The notes under the pieces: model-generated
Told to the model about the DNA's origin: nothing
The model's input: the letters and a program-made list of their open reading frames with translations, nothing else
Database searches by the model: none
From: Dehalococcoidia bacterium
GTDB taxonomy: Bacteria > Chloroflexota > Dehalococcoidia > UBA2979
Assembly: GCA_964291495.2 (NCBI GenBank)
Contig: OZ219871.1
Location: forward strand, 576,001 to 640,000
Direction: 5' to 3'
Length of the DNA stretch: 64,000 nt
Shown here: piece by piece, positions 27,968 through 37,481 of the stretch
How positions within the stretch are numbered: position 1 is the stretch's first letter
How the letters are laid out: each line of letters opens with the position of its first letter
Translations under genes and position numbers: made by a program

Positions 27968-29361
27968 CGGCCTCGGGCAGATCGCGAGGGCGCCGCGATT
28001 CCGGAACCGATCCGTGCGTGACGTGCCTGTGGCCCGCGGCGCTACGCCCGTGGCAGCCCCAGGCCGCGCGTCGCGATGATGTTGCGCTGCACCTCGGACG
28101 TGCCGGCCGCGATCGTGCGCGGCACGTCGAGGACGTAGCGCTGGGTGAAGAGCGCAAACAGGGGCGCGCGCTCGTCGTGCTCGTCCCAGAGGTTGGCGTA
28201 GAGGCCGAAGAGGCGGGTGCCCGTGCGTGTTGCTGCCTGCGTGATCTCGGAGATGAACATCTTGGACATCGAGGCCTCGTAGTTCGGGATCAGTCCGCGG
28301 TTCTGCATCGAGATGATGCGGAACGAGAAGTTCTGGCCGACCTCGGTCTCCACGTAGCGATCGGCGAGTTCGGCGCGGAGGGTGGGCGAGAGCCGCGCCC
28401 GCTGCCGGCCCCCCTCGGTTCCGAGGTACTCGCGAAGGAGGTCAAGCCGCCGACGCACGCCAATCGCGCCGGAGATGTTCGAGCGCTCGTAGTCGAGCAG
28501 CGTCATCCCCACGTACCAGCCGCGGTCGACCTCGCCGACCACGTTATCGGCGCGGGTGCGGACGTCCTCGAAGAAGGTCTCGTTGAATCCGTGCTCCCAG
28601 CCCATGTTGATCAGCGGGCGCACGGAGAGACCGGGCGTCTCGATCTCGGGCAGGAGCATGAAGGAGATGCCGCGATGCTTGGGAGCGTTGGGATCGGTGC
28701 GGACGAGGACGAAGAGGGCGTCTGCGTGATGGGCGTTGGAGGTCCAGATCTTCTGCCCGTTGATCACCCACTCGTCGCCGTCGCGGACGGCGCGCGTCTG
28801 CAGCGAGGCGAGGTCCGAGCCGGCGCCCGGCTCGGAGTAGCCCTGGGCCCACATGATCTCGCCCGAGAGAATGCCCGGGAGGACGCGCGACTTCTGCTCG
28901 TCGGTGCCGTGCACAATCAGCGTCGGTCCGAGCATCGCAAGCCCGTTGCCGCCGACCTGCGGCGCTCCGGCCGCCGTCCGCTCGTACGCGAGGATGAACT
29001 GCTCCATCGGGGTCATGCCGGCGCCGCCGTACTCCTGCGGCCATTGAGGAGCGAACCAGCCGCGCTCCGACAGTGCGTCGCCCCAGGCGATCGCGGCTTC
29101 GCGGCGCTCGTCGTCGTCTGACTTGCGGTCCGCACTCCAGTCGTTGTCGAGGCCCCGAGCCTGGCGCGCGCGGTAGTACTCCGGCGTGTGCTCCTCGAGC
29201 ATCGCCCGGACCTCGCTCCGGAACGCCGCCTGCTGCTCGTCGTCAGTCCAGTCCATGGTCGTCCCCTTGTCCCGCGGAGACTGCGTGCGCCGATGCTAGC
29301 AGCACGAAACGGCCTCGTGGCGCGCGGGGTGATCGCCGAGGAACCCGCGGAGGACGAGTAG
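27919..29361 (+). repeat. 49-bp direct repeat (27919-27967 and 29313-29361) duplicating the CoA-transferase 3' end
   Basis: 46 of 49 bases identical; both copies encode LVARGVIAEEPAEDE followed by a stop. Confidence 0.92.
28042..29256 (-). CDS. Acyl-CoA dehydrogenase
   Basis: WPQEYGG, WAQGYSEPGAGSDLASL, NGQKIWTS, FNETFF, TIAAGTSEVQRNIIA..LGLPR. Confidence 0.93.
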   Translation of the reverse strand: MDWTDDEQQAAFRSEVRAMLEEHTPEYYRARQARGLDNDWSADRKSDDDERREAAIAWGDALSERGWFAPQWPQEYGGAGMTPMEQFILAYERTAAGAPQVGGNGLAMLGPTLIVHGTDEQKSRVLPGILSGEIMWAQGYSEPGAGSDLASLQTRAVRDGDEWVINGQKIWTSNAHHADALFVLVRTDPNAPKHRGISFMLLPEIETPGLSVRPLINMGWEHGFNETFFEDVRTRADNVVGEVDRGWYVGMTLLDYERSNISGAIGVRRRLDLLREYLGTEGGRQRARLSPTLRAELADRYVETEVGQNFSFRIISMQNRGLIPNYEASMSKMFISEITQAATRTGTRLFGLYANLWDEHDERAPLFALFTQRYVLDVPRTIAAGTSEVQRNIIATRGLGLPRA

Positions 29362-29509
29362 TATCGTCGAGGGTATGCGTTGAGGTGCGGCGCGGACTGC
29401 CTCCCAAGTCGGTCGCGGCGCTGTCGCGCGCCGGGGCCGACGGCTGCTATCGATCACGCCGCTGCCGGTCTCACTCCCGGCGAGTCCAACATGAGGAGAT
29501 ACGAGCGTA

Positions 29510-31024
29510 ATGACCGTCTCCTCGCTTCGCGTCCACTGGCTCGCAGTCCTGGCAGTTCTGGCCGTCGGCACCATCCTGACCGCCTGTATCGGCAGTCCCG
29601 CGCCCGCGCCGGAACCAAACGCTAGTCCGATCGCCACCCCGGAGCCAGACACGGCCGAGGAAGGCGGAAGTGTGGCGTCGGACCGGGCAGCGCTGGTCGC
29701 CCTCTACAACGCCACGGGCGGCGCAAGCTGGCGTTTCAGCACGAACTGGCTGAGTGACAGGCCCCTCGGTGCGTGGCACGGCGTCACCACGAACAGTGTC
29801 GGCCGTGTCATTGTGGTGCGGCTGTCGGACAGCAGGTTGTCGGGGCCGAGCCCAGCCGAGCAATTGACGGGGCCGATCCCGCCCGAGCTGGGCGACCTCA
29901 CCCATCTGCGAACGCTGCGCCTCGCCCACAACCGGTTGACAGGACCGATCCCGGCCGAGCTGGGCCACCTCAACAACCTGGAAACGCTGGACCTCGGGCA
30001 CAACGGCTTGTCGGGGCCGATCCCGCCCGAGCTGGGCGACCTCACCAACCTGCGAACGCTGGACCTCGGATACAACCTGTTGGCGGGGCTGATCCCGGCG
30101 GAGCTGGGTGACCTCACCAACCTGCAAACCCTGAACCTCGGGTACAACAGCTTGTCGGGGCCGATCCCGGCCGAACTGGGCCACCTCACCAACCTGCGAA
30201 CACTGGTAATCGGGCTCACCAAACTGACGGGACCGATCCCGGCCGAGTTGGGCGGCCTCACTAACCTGCAAACGCTGGACCTCGGAGACAACCAGTTGGC
30301 GGGGCCGATCCCGGCCGAGTTGGGCGGCCTTACCAACCTGCAAGTGCTGTACCTTGGCGGCAACGACTTGCGCGGGCCGATCCCGGAGGCACTGGGCGAC
30401 CTCACCAACCTGGCATCGCTGGGGCTCTCGGACAACCAGCTGTCGGGGCCGATCCCGCCCGAGCTGGGCGACCTCACCAACCTGCTGTGGCTGGGGCTCT
30501 CGGACAACCAGCTGACGGGGCCGATCCCGGCCGAGCTGGGCGACCTCACCAACCTGGAGGCGTTGGCGCTCTCGGAGAACCAGTTGACGGCGCCGATCCC
30601 GGCCTGGCTGGGCGACCTCACCAACCTGGAGCGGCTGGACCTCTCGGACAACCAGTTGACAGGGCCGATCCCGGCCGAGTTGGGCTACCTCACCAACCTG
30701 CGAACGCTGAACCTCTCGGACAACCGGTTGTGGGGGCCGATCCCGGCGGAGGTGGGCGACCTCATCAACCTGCTATCGCTGGGGCTCTCGGACAACCAGC
30801 TGACGGGGGCCATCCCGGCTGAGCTCGGCAACCTCACCGGCCTGGGATGGCTGAACCTCGCGGGCAACCAGTTGACAGGGCCCATCCCAGCCTGGCTGGA
30901 CGACTTCACCAACCTGATAGAGCTGTCCCTCTCTGACAACCCGTTGACGGGGTGCGTGCCCGGCGGCTTGCGCGATGTAGCGCTGAATGATCTTCGGCAA
31001 CTCGACCTGCCCGACTGCGGCTAG
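29510..31024 (+). CDS. Secreted/lipoprotein leucine-rich repeat protein (plant-type 24-aa LRR)
   Basis: Signal peptide with lipobox-like LTAC; N-cap DRAALVALYNATGG..W..NWLS..PLGAWHGV; 15 repeats of LxGPIPxELGxLTNLxxLxLxxNx; C-cap LTGCVP. Confidence 0.93.
   Translation: MTVSSLRVHWLAVLAVLAVGTILTACIGSPAPAPEPNASPIATPEPDTAEEGGSVASDRAALVALYNATGGASWRFSTNWLSDRPLGAWHGVTTNSVGRVIVVRLSDSRLSGPSPAEQLTGPIPPELGDLTHLRTLRLAHNRLTGPIPAELGHLNNLETLDLGHNGLSGPIPPELGDLTNLRTLDLGYNLLAGLIPAELGDLTNLQTLNLGYNSLSGPIPAELGHLTNLRTLVIGLTKLTGPIPAELGGLTNLQTLDLGDNQLAGPIPAELGGLTNLQVLYLGGNDLRGPIPEALGDLTNLASLGLSDNQLSGPIPPELGDLTNLLWLGLSDNQLTGPIPAELGDLTNLEALALSENQLTAPIPAWLGDLTNLERLDLSDNQLTGPIPAELGYLTNLRTLNLSDNRLWGPIPAEVGDLINLLSLGLSDNQLTGAIPAELGNLTGLGWLNLAGNQLTGPIPAWLDDFTNLIELSLSDNPLTGCVPGGLRDVALNDLRQLDLPDCG
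29864..30943 (+). repeat. 15 x 72-bp coding tandem repeat (LRR units)
   Basis: GGGCCGATCCCG...CTGGGCGACCTCACCAACCTG recurs with an exact 72-bp period. Confidence 0.9.
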
Positions 31025-31126
31025 ACCGTCTGAGCCTGCCCCAGGAGGCGAGCGGGCAGTGCCCGTGAAGAAGCTGCCCAGCTGATCGGAGAGACTGAGG
31101 GCAGGCGGAACGCTGATGGCCGCCGG

Positions 31127-32146
31127 CTACGGCAGCGTCGTCGGCAGCACCCACATCGGGGTCTCGCCGAGGTCGTAGGTCTCGAGCGGCGTGAGCGTCC
31201 CGCTCTCGCCGTCGACCCGGTACGAGGTGAGGCGGCCGGACTCAAGTCCGCTGGCGAACACGAAGCTCCCGCTCGGATCGAGGCCGAACGCGCGCGGGAC
31301 GGGCTCGGCCGCGACGCGCCCCGTGGGGGTCAGCAGCCCCGTCGCCTCATCGAGGGCGAAGCTTGCGACGCTGTTGTGCCCCCGGTTCGGTGCGTAAAGG
31401 AACCGCCCCGACGGCGAGATCTGGATCTGCGAGCACGAGTTGCGACCGTCGAAGTCCTCGGGGAGCGTCGAAACGGTCTGCACGGGGGTGAGCGTTCCGC
31501 TGTCCCGGTCGAACGCCCAGGCGGTCACGCTGCAGCCCTGCTCGTTCGAGGTGTAGACGAGGTCCTTGTCCGGATGGAAGCAGAGGTGACGCGGCCCGTC
31601 CGCGCCCTCGGGCTTCGCGGCGGGCGGGTCGTTCGGCGTCAACTCGCCGCTGCGCTCGTCGAACCTGAACTGGAAGATCGCGTTGGGCCCCCGGTTCTCA
31701 ATGTGCGGAACGAAGACGAACCGGTTCGAGGCGTCGGCCTGGATCGAGTGCGCCCCGGTCGCTGTGTCGAGCCAGTGCACGGCCGGCCCGCCGAGGGCGC
31801 CGCTCGCGTCCAGCGGGTGCACCGCCACCTTGCCGATGAAGTAGTAGGACGAGAACAGGAAGTTCCCGCTGCGGTCCGTGGCGACGAAGTTCGGCTCGCC
31901 CTCGAGGGGCACCGTGCCCGTCATCGAGAGATCGCCCGTGTCCCGGTCGACGTCGAAGCTCGACATCAGGCGATCGCCGCGGCGCCCGACGTACATGCGC
32001 CTCCGCGTGGGATCGAGGGCGAGCGGCGCCGGTCCACCCGACACCTCGATCTCGTGCCGCTGCTCGAGGCGGCCGTTGGCGGGGTCCATGATGAAGCGCA
32101 GGATCTTGTCGTCGCCCTGGAGTGATACGTAGACGAAGGTGGTCAT
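31127..32146 (-). CDS. Lactonase family 7-bladed beta-propeller (6-phosphogluconolactonase-like)
   Basis: GAHSI, GPRHLCFHP, ISPSGRFLYAPNRGHNS, PRAFGLDPSG. Confidence 0.88.
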   Translation of the reverse strand: MTTFVYVSLQGDDKILRFIMDPANGRLEQRHEIEVSGGPAPLALDPTRRRMYVGRRGDRLMSSFDVDRDTGDLSMTGTVPLEGEPNFVATDRSGNFLFSSYYFIGKVAVHPLDASGALGGPAVHWLDTATGAHSIQADASNRFVFVPHIENRGPNAIFQFRFDERSGELTPNDPPAAKPEGADGPRHLCFHPDKDLVYTSNEQGCSVTAWAFDRDSGTLTPVQTVSTLPEDFDGRNSCSQIQISPSGRFLYAPNRGHNSVASFALDEATGLLTPTGRVAAEPVPRAFGLDPSGSFVFASGLESGRLTSYRVDGESGTLTPLETYDLGETPMWVLPTTLP

Positions 32147-32174
32147 TCGTTGCCTTCCCCTCAGAACCTGTTGA

Positions 32175-33422
32175 CTAGATCGCGCCAGCAGCGCGTAGCG
32201 ATTCGATCTCCGCGGCGTCGAGGCCGAGCTCGGCCAGCACCTCGGCGGTGTGCTCGCCGACGAGGGGGGCGCGGCGCGTGATCGCGAGTGGGGAGTCGGA
32301 GTACAGCCCCCAGGTGCCGGGGTAGCGGAAGCTCTCGTCGAGCTCGGGGTGCTCGACATCGACCCAGTAGCCGCGGTCCTCCCAGTGCGGGTCGGCGAGG
32401 ATCTCATCGACGCTGCGCACGGCGCCCCACGGCAGCCCGCGCTCCTGCGCGCCCCGGCAGGCCTCCTCGGCGGTGATCTGCGGAAAGAAGGCGTGCAGCA
32501 CGTCGGCGATGTGCTCCTGGCTCTCCTCGACGACCCGCGCGTCGCGGTAACGCTCGTCGAGCAGGTCGGCGGCGGCGCCGTACTCGTCCATCCACTCGGC
32601 GAAGATGCGGACCCGCTCGGGCGAGATCCGCTGGTTGAACATCGCGTTGATGTAGGTCCCGTCCTTGCAGAGGTACTGCGTCCGGGGGCGCGGCATGGAC
32701 CAGGCGGAGTGGCGGCCCGTCTGGCGGCGGACGACGCGGCCCGTCGAGAAGTACGTCGGGATCGCCGACTCCGTGGTGAGCGAGCAGGCCTCGTGGATCG
32801 AGACGTCGAGGTGCTGGCCCTCGCCGCTCATGTCGCGGTAGACGACCGCGGCGCTGATCGCGACGAGGGCGAAGTGGGAGCCGATGTGCCAGGCGTTGCC
32901 GCCGCCCGGCGCGATCGGCGGCGCGTCCGGGTTGTCCTCCTCGTCGTAGCCGCACTGCGCCATCTGGCCGCCGGCCGCGAGCTGCACGAGGTCGGCCGTC
33001 CGGAAGTCGCGCCAGGGTCCGTCCTGGCCGAACGGCGTGAGCGAGCAGTAGATCAGCCGCGGGTCGGCGTTGCGCAACTCGTCCGGGCCGAGGCCGAGCG
33101 CAACCAGCCGGCCGGGTGGCTGCGTCTCGAGGAAGACGTCGGCCCCGGCGACGAGTCGACGCAGCAGCGCGGCGCCCTCGGCGCTCTCGATGTCGAGCGT
33201 GATCGCGCGCTTGCCGCTGTTGTAGTGCCAGAACGAGAGGCTGCGGTCGGGGTGCGGCTCGTCGCGGTAGTAGGGACCGACCCGGCGCTCGGGCGCGCCT
33301 GTCGGCGGCTCGACCTTGACCACGTCGGCGCCGAGGTCGGCAAGTAGCCGTCCGCACCACTGGCCCTGCTCGCCGGCCAGCTCGACCACGCGGAGATCGG
33401 CCAGCGGGCCGCCGGGCGTCAC
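32175..33422 (-). CDS. Family III CoA-transferase (BbsE-like subunit)
   Basis: PLADLRVVEL, LADLGADVVKVEPP, NSGKR, TPFGQDGP, APLVGEHT; GTG overlaps the upstream TGA. Confidence 0.88.
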   Translation of the reverse strand: MTPGGPLADLRVVELAGEQGQWCGRLLADLGADVVKVEPPTGAPERRVGPYYRDEPHPDRSLSFWHYNSGKRAITLDIESAEGAALLRRLVAGADVFLETQPPGRLVALGLGPDELRNADPRLIYCSLTPFGQDGPWRDFRTADLVQLAAGGQMAQCGYDEEDNPDAPPIAPGGGNAWHIGSHFALVAISAAVVYRDMSGEGQHLDVSIHEACSLTTESAIPTYFSTGRVVRRQTGRHSAWSMPRPRTQYLCKDGTYINAMFNQRISPERVRIFAEWMDEYGAAADLLDERYRDARVVEESQEHIADVLHAFFPQITAEEACRGAQERGLPWGAVRSVDEILADPHWEDRGYWVDVEHPELDESFRYPGTWGLYSDSPLAITRRAPLVGEHTAEVLAELGLDAAEIESLRAAGAI

Positions 33423-34795
33423 GAGGCGGCTCCGGATCCGGCCGCCGCCTCGGCCTCGAGGTAGGGCTCGATGGGCAGGTTCTCCGGCCAGATCGAATCG
33501 TCGCGGTAGCCCTCGCCAAGCTCCTGCTCGCTGAGGCCGAGCAGGTCGCACAGCACCTCGCGGTTGTGCTCGCCGATGAGCGGCGCGGCGCGCCGCGAGC
33601 TGGTCTCGATCGCCGAGCCACGGAACGGGAGGTTCTGGTAGCCCATCGGGCCGAGGCCGGCGTGCGGGAGCTCGGTGAACATCTCGCGATGGCGGAGCTG
33701 CGGATCGCGCGTAACGCGGTCCTCGTTGCTCTGGACGGGCATGGCGGGCACGCCGGCCGCCTGGCAGCGCTCGGCCAGCTCGTACTTCTCGAGGGTCTGC
33801 GTCCACGCCTCAATCTGCCGGTCCAACTCCTCCTGGTGCTCGATGCGGCCGTCGTTGGTGGCGAAGCGCGGAGCGCGCGCCCACTCGGGGTCGCCCATCA
33901 CGCCGACGAGGGCGCGCCACTGCTCGTCATCGCGGCAGACGATCGCGCACCAGTCGTTGTAGCCGCCGGGGGCGGTGCGGTAGGCGTTGTGGGGGGCGAC
34001 CATCGGGCCGCGGTAGTTGTCGAGCAGCGGCGTGCCCGGCCAGTGGGTGCGGTTGCCCGGCGGGAAGCCCTCGCGGCGCATCGCCCGGCCGTTGACGGTC
34101 GCGTCGAGGATCGCCGCGCCGGAGAGCGCGATCCCGCTGCCGACCTGCGAGAGGTCGACGTGCTGGCCGCGGCCGGTCACGTGGCGGTGGTGCAGCGCGG
34201 TCATCACGGCGATCGCGCCGTAGATGCCGCCCGTGTCATCGAGGTAGGACCAGCCCCAGCCGGCGGGCGGCTCGCCCGGCAGCCCGGAGAGGAACGTCAT
34301 GCCAGAGAGCGCCTGCGCGCTGGGCCCGTAGGTGCGGAAGGGGTGATCGCGGCCGGTGTGTCCGAGGGCGGAGAGCGAGACGTAGATGATGTCCTGCTTG
34401 ATCTCGCGCAGCTGCTCGTAGCCGAGTTCCCAGCGCTGCATCACCCGCGAGGTGAAGTTCTCGATCACCACGTCCGAGACGGCGATCAGGCGCTTCAGCA
34501 GCTCGCGGCCGCGCGGGTTGCGGAGATTGAGGGTGACGCTGCGCTTGTTGACGTTCTTCTCGCTGAACCAGTGGCTGTTGTTGAGGTTCGGCTCGATGTG
34601 CTCGGGCCGGCCGGTGTTCGTGTAGCGGTCGTTGTGGTGGACGGAGCCGGGCGCGGGCCACTCGACCTTGATCACCTCCGCGCCAAGTGTGCCGAGGATG
34701 CGCGTGCCCCAGGGCCCGGCGCGCACCCAGCTGAGGTCGACGACGCGTACGCCCTCGAGGGCGCGCGCTCCGCTGCGGGGCGATTCGCTGCTCAT
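33419..34795 (-). CDS. Family III CoA-transferase (BbsF-like subunit)
   Basis: LEGVRVVDLS..AGP, NVNKRS, ENF, GHTG, SYLD (catalytic Asp), APLIGEHN. Confidence 0.9.
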   Translation of the reverse strand: MSSESPRSGARALEGVRVVDLSWVRAGPWGTRILGTLGAEVIKVEWPAPGSVHHNDRYTNTGRPEHIEPNLNNSHWFSEKNVNKRSVTLNLRNPRGRELLKRLIAVSDVVIENFTSRVMQRWELGYEQLREIKQDIIYVSLSALGHTGRDHPFRTYGPSAQALSGMTFLSGLPGEPPAGWGWSYLDDTGGIYGAIAVMTALHHRHVTGRGQHVDLSQVGSGIALSGAAILDATVNGRAMRREGFPPGNRTHWPGTPLLDNYRGPMVAPHNAYRTAPGGYNDWCAIVCRDDEQWRALVGVMGDPEWARAPRFATNDGRIEHQEELDRQIEAWTQTLEKYELAERCQAAGVPAMPVQSNEDRVTRDPQLRHREMFTELPHAGLGPMGYQNLPFRGSAIETSSRRAAPLIGEHNREVLCDLLGLSEQELGEGYRDDSIWPENLPIEPYLEAEAAAGSGAAS

Positions 34796-34802
34796 CGCTG
34801 CC

Positions 34803-35273
34803 TCAGTTCTCGAAGCGCCAGCCGTCCGCCGCCTCGCCGCTGACGCGCCAACGCGGCACGACGAAGGCGTCGTCCGGCGCGTGATCGTAGACCACCTCGA
34901 CGGGGGCGCCGATCGCCGCGGCGTCCTCGTCGTCGACGAGCACGCCGCCGATGCGCACCGGCTCGCCGTTCGCGTTCGCGCAGTCGGGCAGCTCGACGAG
35001 CGCGACGACGTAGGGGACGGCCTCGCGGAAGGCCGCGAGCACCGGGTGGCAGACGACGACGTAGCCCGCGATCACGCCCCGGCCCTCGGCCTCGTGCCAG
35101 CCCAGGCTCATCGAGCGGCACGAGGGGCAGACCGGGCCGGGCGGGAACCAGCGGTGCGCGCAGTCCTCGCAGCTGCGGACGAGCAGGCGGTGCGCGGCCG
35201 TGCCCTCCCACCAGCCGACGCTATCGAGGTCGGGCTGGTGGTTGATGAGCGAGTAGTCGATCGGACCCGGCAT
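34803..35273 (-). CDS. DUF35 Zn-ribbon/OB-fold protein
   Basis: WWEG, CEDC..WFPP..VCPSC, GRG, PYVVALVEL, IGAPVEV. Confidence 0.9.
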   Translation of the reverse strand: MPGPIDYSLINHQPDLDSVGWWEGTAAHRLLVRSCEDCAHRWFPPGPVCPSCRSMSLGWHEAEGRGVIAGYVVVCHPVLAAFREAVPYVVALVELPDCANANGEPVRIGGVLVDDEDAAAIGAPVEVVYDHAPDDAFVVPRWRVSGEAADGWRFEN

Positions 35274-35291
35274 CGTGCCTCCCCGGCGCTG

Positions 35292-36578
35292 CTAGCGGCG
35301 CAACGCGACGGACCAGCCCTGGGCGGTGCCGCCGCCGCCGACGCTGAACGCGATCGTCGGGGGGCTCGGGTTGTCCCGGTTGTCGCGCCGCCGGTCCTCA
35401 CGGCTGCGGACCTGGCGGCAGCCACCCGCGCGGTCGTAGCTGTGCTCGCCGTCCGCCCAGCCGGGGCAGTAGTCGTCGGCCTGGCCGCGCAGCTGGCGCG
35501 TCGTCTCGATCAGGTAGCCGGCGCCGTGCGCGTAGCCCTCGGAGAGCTGGCCGCCGTTGGTGTTCTGCGGCAACTCGCCGTCGAGGCCGATGCGCCCGTC
35601 GCCGATGAAGGCCCCGCCTTCGCCCTCGCCGCAGAAGCCGAACGCCTCGAGGTACTTCATCGGCGTGGTGGTGAAGTTGTCGTACATCGTCACGATGTCG
35701 ACATCGCCGCGGTCGATGCCGGCGTTCGCGAAAGCGCGCTCGCCGATGTGCTTGCTCCAGCCGGCGTTGACGTCCTCCAGCGCCCACACCCAGTCGGGGC
35801 GGTAGGACGAGGCGCGGGCGTTCCCGCCAAGGATGTAGACCGGCGGCTGCGCGAGATCTCGCGCCCGCTCCGCGGAGGTGAGGATCAGGCAGGCGGCGAC
35901 GTCGTTCTCCTGGCAGCAGTCGAGCAGCCGGAAGGGCTTGGTGATCCAGCGCGAGTTCTGGTGGTCGTCGATGGTAATGACCTCGCGGCGCGTGGCTTTC
36001 GGGTTGTTGGTCGCGGCCTGCCGCTGGGTGACGGCGAGCTCGGCCATGGTGAGCGTGCTGTAGCCGTAGCGGTGGAGGTAGGCCATCGCCTCCATCGCGA
36101 AGCGGGTGGGCGCGCCGCGGATCCCCCACGGGATCTGGTACTGGTTGATGCCGCTCGCGAGCTGCGGCCGTGCGGCTCCGGGTCCCGATCCTCGGGCGGT
36201 TGGGGCGCCGCCGCCCATGCGCACGCCGGAGCGCCCGTTCATCGAGCGGAAGATCGCGATCACCTCGCAGTGGCCGCCCTCGAGCAGGCCGACGGACTGG
36301 TGCACCAGCTGGCCGATGCTGTTGCCGCCGCCGAGGATGTCGACGCCGACGTTGGTGCGGATCCCGAGCGCGGTCGCGACCTGGTCGTTCGTGCAGGAGT
36401 CGCCGGCGGCGGTCTGGTGGCTGGTGATACCGTCGATCTCGTCGACGGCGAGGCCCGCGTCACGGGCGGCCTTGAGGATCGCCTCGCAAGCCATCGAGAG
36501 CGTGGTCCGGCCCGACCAGCGCGAGTACTCGGTCTCCCCGACGCCGACGATGCAGTAGCGGCCGCTGACCCGGCTCAT
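35292..36578 (-). CDS. Thiolase-like Ltp2-type aldolase
   Basis: IVGVGET, DAGL, LLDCCQEND, YDNFT, NTNGGQLSEGYAHG, RQLRG. Confidence 0.88.
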   Translation of the reverse strand: MSRVSGRYCIVGVGETEYSRWSGRTTLSMACEAILKAARDAGLAVDEIDGITSHQTAAGDSCTNDQVATALGIRTNVGVDILGGGNSIGQLVHQSVGLLEGGHCEVIAIFRSMNGRSGVRMGGGAPTARGSGPGAARPQLASGINQYQIPWGIRGAPTRFAMEAMAYLHRYGYSTLTMAELAVTQRQAATNNPKATRREVITIDDHQNSRWITKPFRLLDCCQENDVAACLILTSAERARDLAQPPVYILGGNARASSYRPDWVWALEDVNAGWSKHIGERAFANAGIDRGDVDIVTMYDNFTTTPMKYLEAFGFCGEGEGGAFIGDGRIGLDGELPQNTNGGQLSEGYAHGAGYLIETTRQLRGQADDYCPGWADGEHSYDRAGGCRQVRSREDRRRDNRDNPSPPTIAFSVGGGGTAQGWSVALRR

Positions 36579-36695
36579 CGCGCGCTCCCGCCCTCGAGGA
36601 GCACTATAGCGGCGTTGCGGGCTCGTGCCCGTGGTCGCGCTGCCTCTATCATCGCCCCGGCGGGCGCGAGGCCCGGCCTCAGCGGGGAGCAGCCG

Positions 36696-37460
36696 ATGTC
36701 GCTCATCGAGTACGAACAGCAGGACCACGTGGTGACGATCGCGCTCAACCGGCCCGAGCGCCTCAACGCGATGGGCGGCACGCTTCGCGACGACCTCTGC
36801 GAGGCGTGGGTGCGCTTCAACGAAGATCCCGAGGCGCGCGTCGCCATCTTCACTGGGCGCGGCCGCGCGTTCTGCGCCGGACGCGACCTCAAGGAGTCGC
36901 TCGAGGAGGGACACGGTGGGCGCAGGGGCTACACCGAGATCCTCAGCCAGGATCTCGTGCCGCAGACAGCGAAGCCAACGATCGCGGCGGTACACGGCTA
37001 CGCGATCGCTGCCGGGTTCGTGATGGCGCTGGGCTGCGACATGATCGTCGCCGCCGAGGGCACGAAGTTCCAGATGCAGCAGATCCGTCACGGCGGCACG
37101 ATCGGGCACTACAGCCTCGCGATCCTCGAGCAGCTGCCGTGGCAGTCGGCGATGGAGATGCTGCTCGGCGGCGTCGAGCTGGATGCGCAGCGCGCGCACG
37201 AGCTGGGGTTCGTGAATCACGTCGTCCCGCCCGACCAGCTGCTGGAGAAGGCGGGGGAGATGGCGGCGAATCTCGCGGCCCTGCCGCCCGTGCACCTCCA
37301 GCGGACCAAGCAACTGCTGACCGAGGTCCGCCCGCGGCCGACGCAGCAGGTTCGCGATCTGGAGCGTGAGACGCGCGAGTTCGTCGCGGGCCTCGAGGAC
37401 ACGACGGAGTCGATGAAGGCCTGGGTCGAACGCCGGCCGCCGGTCTACCGCGGACGCTGA
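36696..37460 (+). CDS. Enoyl-CoA hydratase/isomerase family protein
   Basis: LNRPERLNA, TGRGRAFCAGRDL, KPTIAAVHG, PVYRGR. Confidence 0.9.
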   Translation: MSLIEYEQQDHVVTIALNRPERLNAMGGTLRDDLCEAWVRFNEDPEARVAIFTGRGRAFCAGRDLKESLEEGHGGRRGYTEILSQDLVPQTAKPTIAAVHGYAIAAGFVMALGCDMIVAAEGTKFQMQQIRHGGTIGHYSLAILEQLPWQSAMEMLLGGVELDAQRAHELGFVNHVVPPDQLLEKAGEMAANLAALPPVHLQRTKQLLTEVRPRPTQQVRDLERETREFVAGLEDTTESMKAWVERRPPVYRGR

Positions 37461-37481
37461 TCAGGAGAGGAGCGCACCTTC

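Noticed and set aside
29864-30943. 72-bp periodic repeats as a CRISPR array
   Set aside because: They are in-frame LRR coding units with no unique spacers and no cas genes.
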